Notes under the pieces: model-generated | The model's input: only the letters and a program-made list of their open reading frames with translations | The model's database searches: none | What the model was told of the DNA's origin: nothing | Part shown: positions 48,318 through 58,198 of the stretch, piece by piece | How the letters are laid out: the number at the start of each line of letters is the position of its first letter | How positions within the stretch are numbered: position 1 is the first letter of the stretch | Translations under genes and position numbers: made by a program | From: a virus | Taxonomy: Duplodnaviria > Heunggongvirae > Uroviricota > Caudoviricetes | Strand: one strand, 5' to 3' | Length of the DNA stretch: 64,000 nucleotides | IMG/VR virus record: IMGVR_UViG_3300001688_000696

Positions 48318-48722
48318 GTGGTTCAGATGCGATACGGTGACGAATCCAGGCATAAAACAATAGAAATCAGGAAGGTGGGCGGCGGGGAATACGAAATTGT
48401 GATAACTACGAGACACACGCTTTCTGGTTCGGCGTTGGAACGCATCAAGTCCTTCATGAGGTGGTCAGATGCGGAGTTTTTCGCATTCCTCCAGAAACAC
48501 CCGGACTATCTGGAAAGGTTGGACGGCAATGACCTGCAAATCGCCGCCGAACTTATCCTGCTCAAATCCAGTCTGGAATGGGGGGATGAACAACCGGAAG
48601 CTATCGCACCGGATGACTGGTTGCCGGTTGAATCGGAACAAAACGAACATCACCCACTGTCCGACCGGCGTAATTCCGAGCCATTCGACTTTTTGAGTTT
48701 GATTGAATCTATGGACGATTAA
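48318..48722 (+). CDS. Hypothetical protein
   Basis: ORF with promoter motif upstream. Confidence 0.55.
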   Translation: MVQMRYGDESRHKTIEIRKVGGGEYEIVITTRHTLSGSALERIKSFMRWSDAEFFAFLQKHPDYLERLDGNDLQIAAELILLKSSLEWGDEQPEAIAPDDWLPVESEQNEHHPLSDRRNSEPFDFLSLIESMDD

Positions 48723-48978
48723 AACGGTTTTTCGTCATGGAATTATGGGGCTGTTTTTACGCAGATTACTTCTGAGCATTATTTTGGTCACGCTTTCATT
48801 GGTGCTGACTCAAGCATTTTTGCTTCCCTATTTGATGGAGAGGTTCAGCAATAACACCTTTTTGACAACATATCTCCCCATCTGGCTGCCCCGCTGTGCG
48901 GCGCTTTATGGGTTTTATTTGGCTTTTTTGAAACCTCATCCGCACCATCACGGGCATGATGACAAACAAAGCAACTGA
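48703..48978 (+). CDS. Small membrane protein
   Basis: Two hydrophobic segments; overlaps the previous stop. Confidence 0.5.
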   Translation: MNLWTIKTVFRHGIMGLFLRRLLLSIILVTLSLVLTQAFLLPYLMERFSNNTFLTTYLPIWLPRCAALYGFYLAFLKPHPHHHGHDDKQSN

Positions 48979-48991
48979 ACTGACTGGACAT

Positions 48992-49661
48992 TCAGCCGGT
49001 TACGGCGGCAATAAGCTCCCGCAGTTTTCGACAATCCTCGCAATAAGCCCGTTCAAAGTAGCTGTGTATGTTGCTGTCTGGTGCGATAGGGAAGTAGTGT
49101 GCCTGAAACGGCAGCATGAAACTATGGCGCTTCAGGTACTTCTTCGGCATCCCCACTTCTCCATTGACCAGCAACGGTTCATAGTACAGCAGCCCCAGAT
49201 GACTGACCGGACGGTAGCCCAGCGTCTCTGCGATAAAGGCATAAATGGATAGCTGTGCGCGATAGATGGGGTTATCAGAGCGGGCGGATTCGTTGACGTT
49301 GGAAACCTTGTAGTCAATGATGGCATACGTCCGGTCTTCCAGTTCGAACAACGCATCCGGCACGCCGGTCACTCGCAGTCCTGTCCTCGGGTCAATTACA
49401 AAGAACCTTTTCGCGCTGGACACCCGGATTTCATTCCGAATGGGCGGCAGCTCATCCATCCACCGCAAAGGCATTTTTTTCGTGAATTGCGGTTTTAGAC
49501 ACCGACTTTGCCGCCAGGTCTAAGCGGCTGAACACGCTTGGAAAGTAGTTGTAGGGGAGTTTCAGTTTGTTTGTTATCCAGAAACAGCGCGGGCAAAAAG
49601 TCGGCATAGAAAGCTCGGCTATCCTTTTTGCCGATAGGCTGAGATGTTGGCTTTTTTCCAT
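48992..49661 (-). pseudogene. Cas4/RecB-like PD-(D/E)XK nuclease split by a +1 frameshift in an A7 run
   Basis: N-part ...FCPRCFW...IHEK (49452-49661) and C-part MPLRW...TGVPDALF...IIDYK...QLSIYA (48992-49474). Removing one A from the T7 at 49474-49480 fuses them in frame. Confidence 0.7.
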
Positions 49662-49791
49662 GATGCTTTCCTCCTACCATTAAGACGTTGAATTTCCTGA
49701 TGCGCAAAAAAATATACAAATTATACTTTCGCCCGAAATCCAGTTGCTAACATAAATATAGAGATTATCAGGGATAGGATTTGCGCACTGG

Positions 49792-52700
49792 ATGAGCGGT
49801 TATTTTGGTTTCAAGAAAGCCTACATTGATTCGCTCGGAATCGCCGGATACCCGGAAATTTGGCATTGGATGACCAACTACTTGTTTAAAAAGGCAGGGA
49901 TTGGAAAGGCACAGGCTGTTCAATATTACCAAAGCCACAAAACGGATTTTGACGGCGTTCCTACTTGCGCGTTTTGTGGTAGCCCGCTTCAACCTGAAAC
50001 ATTAGCCTGCGGCAATCAGTCTTGCGTGCTTTTCGGGAAGCCGGTCTATCGGCGGCATATCGAAAATTTGCATCCCGCTGATGCCCCGGACGCCGTTACC
50101 ACCAATCATGCGCTTAAGCAGCTTACCTATGTTGATTGGGCGAACATGATTGTCGCTTTCGCCCCGGAGACTTACCCGTGGGAATCAGACTTCATGCTGG
50201 CATATCAGATGATGTGCCGGGATGTGTCCATCCTGATTGAGTTCGCCAAACAAATTCAGGCAAAGCAAAACTCGAATACGCTGAGATATTGGGGGGTGGC
50301 GCTTGCCAAATGCGACCGTGTGCTGGTTTCATTGCCGACTGAGCAACTGGTCACACTGGCTTACTGGCGCAATTTTCAAGCACCTTCACTGGTTGAACGA
50401 ATTTATGCCGGTCGCAATTATTTGGCTGCCTATCTGAACCCTGCCAGTCACGAAAGAGTTCACCGGTATCTGCGCCCGCATTTTCTCGAAGTAACGAATT
50501 ATATCGAGAATTACGGCACAGATATGGTGTACAAGGCGTACCAGTTCAACAAAAAGATAGTATTGCTTTTTGCGGAGATGCTGGGCGTCGTGGAGTTCCA
50601 GGCTTCTAGTGAACTGGCGAATATTCTCAAAAACGAGATTTTGGAAGCCGAAGAAAAAATCCATGCCAGCTTGAAGGGGTTGGGGTATGAGACCGATTCT
50701 CCTTCGGAACGCTACGGCTGGCAGTTCAACCAACAGTATAAGGACAACCCCGGATTAGGCGAGTTCATGGAAAAGAACCGCCTGCTGGACTTCTTTGCCA
50801 AAATCGAGACCACAAAAGAGGGCAACCCATATGTAGAAACCTGTAAATTGGTTCGCTCCTATGGGGTTGATTTTTCGATGCCGTTTGAAACGGTGCTGAG
50901 TAAAGTTTGGGAAGCAAAAGATGAAAATAACGGCATCAGCGACTACTTATTCGGGCACCTGTATTTCCTATATCAGGGCGGTTATTACTCTACACCGAAG
51001 TGTTCCAGTCAGGAAAGCCTGACATCTTATTTGGACGATAACTTTGTTTCACCAGAAAAAATTTTTATTCTTTCCAAAGTTTATGATTGGAATGCACAGA
51101 CTCTCCTGAATTATTCTGAGACGCTAGAAACTCTCAGCAGGTTTATTGAAAAACTGGTCGGGATTACAGTCAAAAAGAAAGACCCTAACCCTTACCCGCC
51201 CTTCCTGACGAATAAACAGGTTTCTACGCTGTTTGAATTACAGCAGAAGGCTTATAGCTTGCTGTGCAAGCTACCGATAACCGACAAAAACATTTCTACC
51301 GAAAACTGGCTGGAACCGAAGTTCGTCCCTGTCGCCCATTTTGCCCTTATCTGGAAAGAGCCTCTCAACCAGAAACAGTTTGCGAAGGCTCTGGAAAATT
51401 TTGGCATCCCGGCAGAGATTGGCGAAAAAATCGGGCAGAACAACCTGTATTCCTTTTTGAAGTACACGAAGGGGCTAATCGAATTATACAAAACCCTTCA
51501 TTGCGATATTGCCCATGAACTGTACCAGACCCCCAGCCAGCAGGTCGCCCGCCGCGCGGTTTTGAGCGACAAAAAATACAGCACTTTCATGATGTTTGTC
51601 CTTGAAGAAAAGGCAAACAAAAAAGTCAACGTGAAAATGCTGGCTTATGCAATGGGGAAAAAGAGCGAAGAAGAAATAGATAAAAACTTTGACGTTCTTC
51701 TGAAAGAGCTGGTCGGTGCGGGGAAAATCCTATACTGTCCGTCCTGCGGTTCACCGGTCAGTTTGACAGATGCCGCCTGTGGCAGTTGCGGTTGCACAGA
51801 AAAATACAAAACCTTCCCGGTTGAAAAGGTCTACGAACCGCCGCAGTCCATTTACACCGTAGCGGGCGGGCTGTCGATTCAGGCCGAGTTCACGAATATC
51901 AGTGGTCTGATGTCGACCTACCTGACCAACAGCGCCCCGGCTGTGGAAATGGACATTGTGGCGCTTCCGAAGCTCCCGATTGTCAAAGCGGGCGAATTCG
52001 GAAAGAAAATCGCCCTTCTTTCCAGTAAGCTGGCAAGCATCTACCTGCCGGGGTATCTGAGCCTTCCGCAGTTTTCAGACATCGATGGACTGGTCTTCGA
52101 ATTCGCCGGTGTCGCTCATCTCGGCGGCGTCCATGAAAAGCACCTGTTGAAAGACCAGAACGGCGTCACGTGGCTGGCAAAGCCCGACAAGCACCTGTTG
52201 GGGGTGCGTGCTTACGTGGAAGCGTTTGCTTCGCAGGTGTTCAAACTGTGCGGAATTTACACCCCGCCAACTTTCGTTATCCAGCACAACGATTACCTAA
52301 CGTCCGTCCAGCCGCTTTTGGATAATGTCAAGCCGCTGTCCCCTGACCCGCAGGAATGGACGAAAGAGCAATGCAAAACTGTCGTTCAAAGCCAGATTGT
52401 GCGCTGGGTGCTGTCCGACCATGATGGGAATGTTACAAATTACCTGGTGTTGAGCGGTAAAGACTGCGTTTTCCCGGTCGATATGGGACAGGCTTACCGC
52501 TATTTCGGGAAAGACGAATTGTCTCTAACCTATCACCCGAACAGCGCCTTTGCTACGCCAGAGCCGTTGTCGAATATTTTCTGGCGGGAAGTTAAGCACG
52601 GCGAGCTATCATTTGAGTGGGACTGGATTTTAGAAACCGTCTCGAAAATCGAAGAAATTGACAACCAGTTCTACGCCGAACAGGTGGCAAATTTTGCGAA

Positions 52701-52908
52701 TATCGCTGTCCAAAGCGATAAAATCGAATGGGTTGGTTCCTTCCGTCAAAAAATTGCTGAAGAAAAGAATATTAACTTGAAAAAAGTCAAAAGGGAAGAA
52801 ATTGCCGCACGGTTCGTAGATATGGCGTTGGAACGCAAGAACAGTGTAAGGGCGGACTATGAAAAGTTCATCCAAAGCATTGTCGGTAATTCTTTTTCAC
52901 TCTCCTAA
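49792..52908 (+). CDS. Large multidomain protein: two double zinc ribbons + helical region + C-terminal HipA/PI3K-like kinase
   Basis: CAFC..CGNQSC and CPSC..CGSCGC. Kinase motifs LGGVHEK, WLAKP, VEAFASQV, SDHDGNVTNY, VDMGQAY. Confidence 0.75.
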   Translation: MSGYFGFKKAYIDSLGIAGYPEIWHWMTNYLFKKAGIGKAQAVQYYQSHKTDFDGVPTCAFCGSPLQPETLACGNQSCVLFGKPVYRRHIENLHPADAPDAVTTNHALKQLTYVDWANMIVAFAPETYPWESDFMLAYQMMCRDVSILIEFAKQIQAKQNSNTLRYWGVALAKCDRVLVSLPTEQLVTLAYWRNFQAPSLVERIYAGRNYLAAYLNPASHERVHRYLRPHFLEVTNYIENYGTDMVYKAYQFNKKIVLLFAEMLGVVEFQASSELANILKNEILEAEEKIHASLKGLGYETDSPSERYGWQFNQQYKDNPGLGEFMEKNRLLDFFAKIETTKEGNPYVETCKLVRSYGVDFSMPFETVLSKVWEAKDENNGISDYLFGHLYFLYQGGYYSTPKCSSQESLTSYLDDNFVSPEKIFILSKVYDWNAQTLLNYSETLETLSRFIEKLVGITVKKKDPNPYPPFLTNKQVSTLFELQQKAYSLLCKLPITDKNISTENWLEPKFVPVAHFALIWKEPLNQKQFAKALENFGIPAEIGEKIGQNNLYSFLKYTKGLIELYKTLHCDIAHELYQTPSQQVARRAVLSDKKYSTFMMFVLEEKANKKVNVKMLAYAMGKKSEEEIDKNFDVLLKELVGAGKILYCPSCGSPVSLTDAACGSCGCTEKYKTFPVEKVYEPPQSIYTVAGGLSIQAEFTNISGLMSTYLTNSAPAVEMDIVALPKLPIVKAGEFGKKIALLSSKLASIYLPGYLSLPQFSDIDGLVFEFAGVAHLGGVHEKHLLKDQNGVTWLAKPDKHLLGVRAYVEAFASQVFKLCGIYTPPTFVIQHNDYLTSVQPLLDNVKPLSPDPQEWTKEQCKTVVQSQIVRWVLSDHDGNVTNYLVLSGKDCVFPVDMGQAYRYFGKDELSLTYHPNSAFATPEPLSNIFWREVKHGELSFEWDWILETVSKIEEIDNQFYAEQVANFANIAVQSDKIEWVGSFRQKIAEEKNINLKKVKREEIAARFVDMALERKNSVRADYEKFIQSIVGNSFSLS

Positions 52909-52922
52909 TAATGAGGTAATCA

Positions 52923-53672
52923 GTGGACGACATTACCAATAAGACTGATAAAACCCCATTGGACTGCCAGATTATATTCAAGCCAGACCTGTATAACTCC
53001 GGTTTGAATATCGTCTTAGAAGTAAACGACTCTCATATCGCTTACAAAAACGGGGAAAATCCTTGCGAGCAATACGCCATTCGAGGCTATTTGGGCGAGT
53101 CCCCGGATGGCATCCAATCCATTTATTCGTGGTTGATTTCGCGGCCAGCGACTTCGCTGGTGCTTATCGTTCCAGATGGCAAGCTGAACTGCCCGGAGAA
53201 TGTTGCTCTGGTCTATTTGCTGGTTGCGGTGCTTTTGAAAAAAATGCGTTTGACGAAAGCGATTGAATACATGTACAACCGTGGGTTCACGCTGTCTAAC
53301 AGCCGCTATCTTGATGTGGTGGATTTCATTCGGGCGAAAATTTCCGAGAATGAAAGGGCTGTTTTGAATATCCCAGCTTATCCAATTGACCAACCCAAAA
53401 AGCCATCTGCTGCATTTGCGTTAGCTTCCAGAGAAATTCCACCGCTTGACCGGATGGAGATGCTGCTGCGGGAATATACGCTGACATCCCTTCTTGAGGT
53501 TGAAGAAAGCAGCACCGATGTCCTGATACAGCAAATCGCTTCGCTGATGGATATTTTGACGGATGCCCAATTGAAAGAAGTTATCCGTCGTATTTACCCG
53601 TTGCAATCGCGGAATGGAGAGTTTGTAGATTCATTGGTTCACCATTATCGGAGTTTTTTTCAAAGGGAGTGA
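52923..53672 (+). CDS. Hypothetical protein, possible DSP-fold pseudophosphatase
   Basis: LVLIVPDGKLNCPENVALVYLL...LTKAIEYMYNR parallels VxVHCxxGxxRS...ayL...eAi..v..R but lacks the catalytic Cys/Arg. Confidence 0.4.
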   Translation: MDDITNKTDKTPLDCQIIFKPDLYNSGLNIVLEVNDSHIAYKNGENPCEQYAIRGYLGESPDGIQSIYSWLISRPATSLVLIVPDGKLNCPENVALVYLLVAVLLKKMRLTKAIEYMYNRGFTLSNSRYLDVVDFIRAKISENERAVLNIPAYPIDQPKKPSAAFALASREIPPLDRMEMLLREYTLTSLLEVEESSTDVLIQQIASLMDILTDAQLKEVIRRIYPLQSRNGEFVDSLVHHYRSFFQRE

Positions 53673-53681
53673 AGTGAGAAA

Positions 53682-55019
53682 ATGGATGATATGCAGGTAT
53701 GGTGCCCGCGCTGTGGTCAACTGGTGGACGCTCTTTCTGTGAAAAATCATAACTGTCCTGCCAAGAGCGAAAGAAAAATCACGGCTGGCGATTGGGTTGC
53801 GTTCTTAGCCCAGCGGTATCCAGAAGAAAACGCCTTGTCGCTTATTAGTTGGCACAAGGTGCTGCTGGAGAAGTACGGTGAGGCTGAGTTGTTCCAGGCT
53901 GCCAAAGATTTCGCCCGCAAAAACGGAGATTTTTCGGCATTTGCCCCGACCTACCCCGTAAAGTTGGAGCGAAAACCGGAGGTCGGCCCGAATCTCGACA
54001 GTCGGGAATATCAAAACCGGGTGAGTGGAATGATGGTTGGTATGGCGGTCGGGGACGCGTTGGGCTACCGGGATGAATTCCTTCATCCGCAGAGTCTTTT
54101 AGAGAAGTATGGTCTACTCGGCGTGTGTGACCCGCAGGGCGTCAACCGAAAGGGCGAATTTTTGTACACAGATGACACCCAAATGGCGGTCGCTCTCGCC
54201 GAAGGCTTGCTGGAAACGAAAGATTATACTAATTATACTGGTGTGGTAAAGAAGTTCGTTGAGTGGCTTCACTCCCCGGATAACAATCGTGCGCCCGGTA
54301 ATGCCTGTATGCGCGGTTGCCAGCAGTTGAACATGGGGCAGGTTTGGTACAAAGCTGGCGATTTAAATTCAAAAGGTGCTGGCAGCGTCATGCGAGTTTT
54401 CCCGGTCGGAGCGCTGTATCGCGACAATCTGAATGCTATCGTTGTGGTCAGCGCTGACCAGGCGGTGATGACCCACGCCCATCCTACGGGCATCTTGGCG
54501 GCGGTTGTCGGGGCGTATGTGGTGTCGCTGGCGCTGAAAGACGTGCCACCGGCAGAGTTGCTGCCGAAAACAATTGGATTTACCGAAAAATTCTTCAATA
54601 ACAAGGAAATGTTGGCTGTCCTGCGCGGCGTTGAACGTGTAATGCAGGAAGGTTTGGATGATTACGCCGCGTCCGATATTTTGGGCAGCGGTTGGGTTGC
54701 TGAGGAAGCGTTAGGAATAGGGCTGCTTTCCTTCCTGCGAAGCCCGGATGATTTCGCAGCCGTTGTCCGGCGCGCAGTGAATTTCCCTGGCAGGGGCGGT
54801 TCGTGTGACCGGGATACGGTCGGAGCGATTGCAGGGGCTATCGCTGGCGCTTATGTAGGGTTGGATGGCATCCTGCCCCGCTGGGAAAGCCGGATTGAAA
54901 ACCGGGGGATGCTGCTCGAACTCGGCCGGAAGCTGGCGAAACACAGCACCGAATATTGCCAGCATGAATTGAAACCAAGCCAGTCGAAGGGCATTGCCCT
55001 GCTGACACGCCCATTTTAG
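53682..55019 (+). CDS. ADP-ribosylglycohydrolase (DraG/ARH family) with N-terminal zinc ribbon
   Basis: GMAVGDALG, YTDDTQMA, GSVMRVFPVG, THAHP, DRDTVGAIAGAIAGAYVG; N-terminal CPRC..HNC. Confidence 0.92.
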   Translation: MDDMQVWCPRCGQLVDALSVKNHNCPAKSERKITAGDWVAFLAQRYPEENALSLISWHKVLLEKYGEAELFQAAKDFARKNGDFSAFAPTYPVKLERKPEVGPNLDSREYQNRVSGMMVGMAVGDALGYRDEFLHPQSLLEKYGLLGVCDPQGVNRKGEFLYTDDTQMAVALAEGLLETKDYTNYTGVVKKFVEWLHSPDNNRAPGNACMRGCQQLNMGQVWYKAGDLNSKGAGSVMRVFPVGALYRDNLNAIVVVSADQAVMTHAHPTGILAAVVGAYVVSLALKDVPPAELLPKTIGFTEKFFNNKEMLAVLRGVERVMQEGLDDYAASDILGSGWVAEEALGIGLLSFLRSPDDFAAVVRRAVNFPGRGGSCDRDTVGAIAGAIAGAYVGLDGILPRWESRIENRGMLLELGRKLAKHSTEYCQHELKPSQSKGIALLTRPF

Positions 55020-55025
55020 AGGAGA

Positions 55026-55748
55026 ATGATGAGCCGTACTTGCAACAAATGTAACAACCAGATGCAAGAAATTAGGGGGTTGTTTGGCATGATGTATTTC
55101 TGCCCGCACTGCGGCAACCTGAATGAAAGCGTGTTTCCGGCGGCAAACCAGATGCCGAGGCCGAGCGTTGGTTCATATTACAGTCCAGCAGATACATTTT
55201 TGCCGCCTTTCAAGCCGCGGCCTTTGGATATGTCCGAAATCACCCCAGAAATCGGGGTAGGTGCCAGCCCGGATACGCTTTCTAATTTAAATGACCTGCG
55301 TGAGGCGGGCTATACCGCCATCATGAATTTGTTGGAAAATCATGAGTACCGGATTGGAGAAGATGAAATTGACTTCATCCGTGAAAATTTTGTGTGGCGC
55401 AACTATGCGACCATCGATTCGATGAATTTCGGCGTTCCTTCCCTGCGTTGGATTGATGCAACAACGCGCGAAGTCGAAAGGTTGGTGGATGCCGGTCATA
55501 AGGTATACATCCACTGCCGGATGGGGAAAGGGCGGTCGCCGTTGATTGTTCTGGCGCATTTGACCGTCAACCGGCACATGAATTTTGGCGAAGCCGTTGC
55601 AGTGCTGCGCGAGGGAAGAGATTATGCTGACCCGAATATCCATCAGGTTCACCAGCTTTTACGCTACGCTGCGCTGAGAGAAAAAGGGGAACCGCTCCCC
55701 CCCGAACCGATAGAAAAATCCATACCTATTCAATTCGATAGTTGGTGA
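55026..55748 (+). CDS. Dual-specificity protein phosphatase with N-terminal zinc ribbon
   Basis: VYIHCRMGKGRS (HCx5R), upstream TID acid loop; CNKC..CPHC. Confidence 0.9.
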   Translation: MMSRTCNKCNNQMQEIRGLFGMMYFCPHCGNLNESVFPAANQMPRPSVGSYYSPADTFLPPFKPRPLDMSEITPEIGVGASPDTLSNLNDLREAGYTAIMNLLENHEYRIGEDEIDFIRENFVWRNYATIDSMNFGVPSLRWIDATTREVERLVDAGHKVYIHCRMGKGRSPLIVLAHLTVNRHMNFGEAVAVLREGRDYADPNIHQVHQLLRYAALREKGEPLPPEPIEKSIPIQFDSW

Positions 55749-55751
55749 AAA

Positions 55752-56381
55752 ATGGCTCTGATTGACAGGTTGAACAAAACGCAAAAAATTATCTTGTTGG
55801 TGCTGGTGGCGCTGTTTGTCGCGGCTGATATTTGGATTTTGAAAAATGTGTTCTTCTACACGCCCGAATTTGTCGCCTCTCCGCCCAAACAGGTCGCCGT
55901 AGGAAAGGTTGTGCGCACTCTGAGCAACGGCGAGAAAATTGCCTACAGCAGCTCGGTCGCCGTACCAATTCCGAAAGGAAAGACCAGTTTCACGGCTTAT
56001 ATCAAGGCGAGTGCGCTTGTGTCCGGTGACAGGACGATGATTAAGGGGCAGACCGACCCGATTTTCAAGGTGCGAGTGGTCAGCAGCGCATATTTGCAAG
56101 AAAAGCATGTAAAAAACGTTTTGGCTGAAACCTATAACGTCTGGTACACCATCGGAGAAGGCGTCCCGATTGAGTTTCAGGTGGATAAAACCGATGACCA
56201 GCTTTATTTGTTGGTCACGGTTGATGATTTGAAGGTAGCGGAGTACCCGGAATATCATATCAATATCGGCGTGGATGACCGGGATAGAACAAGCAGTTTT
56301 TTGATTACGCAGTTTGATTCAACAAACAAAACGTTTGAATGGGTGACAATGTCCGGAAGAATTGATGTTGTTATCCATTAG
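55752..56381 (+). CDS. Membrane-anchored hypothetical protein
   Basis: N-terminal TM and a beta-rich C-terminus; 3 nt after the DSP stop. Confidence 0.7.
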   Translation: MALIDRLNKTQKIILLVLVALFVAADIWILKNVFFYTPEFVASPPKQVAVGKVVRTLSNGEKIAYSSSVAVPIPKGKTSFTAYIKASALVSGDRTMIKGQTDPIFKVRVVSSAYLQEKHVKNVLAETYNVWYTIGEGVPIEFQVDKTDDQLYLLVTVDDLKVAEYPEYHINIGVDDRDRTSSFLITQFDSTNKTFEWVTMSGRIDVVIH

Positions 56382-56428
56382 CAAATTGCTATCATGTAGT
56401 AGCAACGTTTATAGAAAAGGAAAACAGG

Positions 56429-56686
56429 ATGTTGTCAAAAGAAGAAAGAAATCGCAAGTACCAAGAGATTCTTGACCGGTTGAACCTCAAATTAGAGGAC
56501 TTTCCAACCATTGAGTCACTTTCATATGAAGAAAGAAAAGGTCTGATTGCCATTTGCGTTTGCGAATTTACGGGCGGGCGCACGGCGTCCGAAAAGGCGG
56601 CTGCGCATCCCTGTCTTATCCAACGGTTTTGGGGTGAGACAGACAATCTCAGATGGTATGTTTATCGGTTGAAAGGCGAAGCCTAA
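56429..56686 (+). CDS. Hypothetical protein
   Basis: Promoter TGCTATCAT, SD AGGA, terminator after. Confidence 0.6.
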   Translation: MLSKEERNRKYQEILDRLNLKLEDFPTIESLSYEERKGLIAICVCEFTGGRTASEKAAAHPCLIQRFWGETDNLRWYVYRLKGEA

Positions 56687-56791
56687 TGCTGAAGAAAAGC
56701 ACCCGAAAAACCGGGTGCTTTTCTTTTTTTAATTGACGACCGTGCAGGCTTGAAGTATAATTTTTATAAAATAACCATTCCAGGATTGTTT

Positions 56792-57541
56792 ATGTCATTC
56801 TCCCGAAAACTAAACAAAAAGCTCCCCAATCCGACCAGTGTTCCCGCAGATAAAGTCCTTATTTTCGCTTATCATTGGGAAGAAGCGGAGTTTTTTCGCT
56901 TTGCCGACTGTTATGTCATGCGCCAGTGGACGAAAAAACACGGCTGGAAGCTGATGGTCAACTGCAAAAATCGCCTGCCGGATTGGGACGACCTCGCCCA
57001 TGCCCGTTATAGCTTAGTCCCCAATCGGCTTTTTATGGCGGCGGTAGCCCCATCGGTGGAATCATGGGATGCTTTCAAAGCCAACGGCTTCTTCGTCTTT
57101 GAAATTCCCAACGAGGAAGAAATGCTGGCATATCTCGCCCATCATGGGGGATGGAAAAAGCCGGAAACATATCCATATTTGCGGCAGATAAATTGGAAGA
57201 AAATGCCACCGATACAGCCCGCTTCTGTCCCTGATGGCTACGAATTTTTCAGCCTGTTCAAGCCGACCACGCGGTTTTATTCGATAGGGGGCAGGGGGCA
57301 AATTCAGGTAGATTGGGAACCGGATAAGGGCTGGTCGCTGCATATGACCATGCGCCGCCGATACCCCACATGGGAAGAAATGGCTTATGCCCGCACCTGT
57401 CTCATTCCACCGGCTGCCCACATGTCATTGCTGATGCCGCCTGACGACAAATATATCAACGCCAGCCCGTACAATCTTATTTTGACGCAAACGCTGGGGC
57501 TGGACGAAATCGAGCGCAATTTTGAACGGGGAAAGCTATAA
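56792..57541 (+). CDS. Hypothetical protein with phage-type C-terminal R-x-P-T-W-E-E-M domain
   Basis: WSLHMTMRRRYPTWEEMAYAR...PPDDKYIN. Confidence 0.6.
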   Translation: MSFSRKLNKKLPNPTSVPADKVLIFAYHWEEAEFFRFADCYVMRQWTKKHGWKLMVNCKNRLPDWDDLAHARYSLVPNRLFMAAVAPSVESWDAFKANGFFVFEIPNEEEMLAYLAHHGGWKKPETYPYLRQINWKKMPPIQPASVPDGYEFFSLFKPTTRFYSIGGRGQIQVDWEPDKGWSLHMTMRRRYPTWEEMAYARTCLIPPAAHMSLLMPPDDKYINASPYNLILTQTLGLDEIERNFERGKL

Positions 57542-57619
57542 TCATAAGGCTGGTTTTGAAATTAGTCGGGCAGTTCCGGCCATTTGTAGCTGAATTTTCG
57601 GGCAATTTTTCAAAACCCC

Positions 57620-57648
57620 TTGACAAACAGCAAACTTTTTGCTATAAT
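57620..57648 (+). promoter_or_regulatory. Consensus sigma-70 promoter upstream of tRNA region
   Basis: TTGACA-N17-TATAAT, perfect. Confidence 0.9.
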
Positions 57649-57675
57649 ATGTATACAATCAATTTTTTGGAAGGA

Positions 57676-57789
57676 ATGGAAATGGTCAACGTCTGGTTCG
57701 GAATTATCGTAAATATTGCAAACATTGCGGGTAATGCCGCAGATGTTGACGTTTCTGTGTCCCACGAGGGAAAAGGGGTGAAGAAATAA
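57676..57789 (+). CDS. 37-aa peptide / possible leader
   Basis: SD GGAAGGA; MEMVNVWFGIIVNIANIAGNAADVDVSVSHEGKGVKK. Confidence 0.4.
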   Translation: MEMVNVWFGIIVNIANIAGNAADVDVSVSHEGKGVKK

Positions 57790-57818
57790 CCGCATCCCCA
57801 AAAGTGTAAGCAAACCTC

Positions 57819-57851
57819 GCCGGGACACCACAAGTGCCCCGGCTTTTTTTT
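57819..57851 (+). terminator. Intrinsic terminator just before tRNA array
   Basis: gccggg..cccggc followed by T8. Confidence 0.75.
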
Positions 57852-57971
57852 CGGAACTTTAATAACCGAATATACAGCAATTATCAGAGTTTCCTTTGCG
57901 GCTGGAGGGGCGGTTCGATACCGGCAGCCCGCCCCTCCCCCAGCGGCGGGGAAATTGGTTGGAATAAACTT

Positions 57972-58043
57972 TCCTCTCTAGCTTAATGGCAGAGCGTCCG
58001 GCTGTTAACCGGGAAGGTGCAGGTTCGAGTCCTGCGGGAGGAG
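57972..58043 (+). tRNA. tRNA-Asn(GTT)
   Basis: Cloverleaf; loop CT-GTT-AA; no encoded CCA. Confidence 0.92.
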
Positions 58044-58048
58044 CTGAT

Positions 58049-58120
58049 GCGGTAATAGGTCAACGGTAGACTGCCTGCTTCCCAAGCAGGAGGTTGCGAG
58101 TTCAAGTCTCGCTTACCGCT
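58049..58120 (+). tRNA. tRNA-Gly(CCC)
   Basis: GCGGTAA/TTACCGC; loop TT-CCC-AA; U73. Confidence 0.92.
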
Positions 58121-58126
58121 TCCGAT

Positions 58127-58197
58127 GCGGGCATAGTTCAACGGTAGAACATCGCCTTGCCATGGCGAAAATACGAGTTCGAGTCTCGTTGTCCGCT
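58127..58197 (+). tRNA. tRNA-Gly(GCC)
   Basis: GCGGGCA/TGTCCGC; loop TT-GCC-AT. Confidence 0.92.
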
Positions 58198-58198
58198 C

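Noticed and set aside
48992-49661. CRISPR-associated Cas4
   Set aside because: No cas1/cas2 or array nearby; treated as a solo PD-(D/E)XK nuclease.
57901-57944. tmRNA 5' end or additional tRNA
   Set aside because: Only a T-loop-like hairpin; no D-arm, tag ORF or matching 3' acceptor strand.
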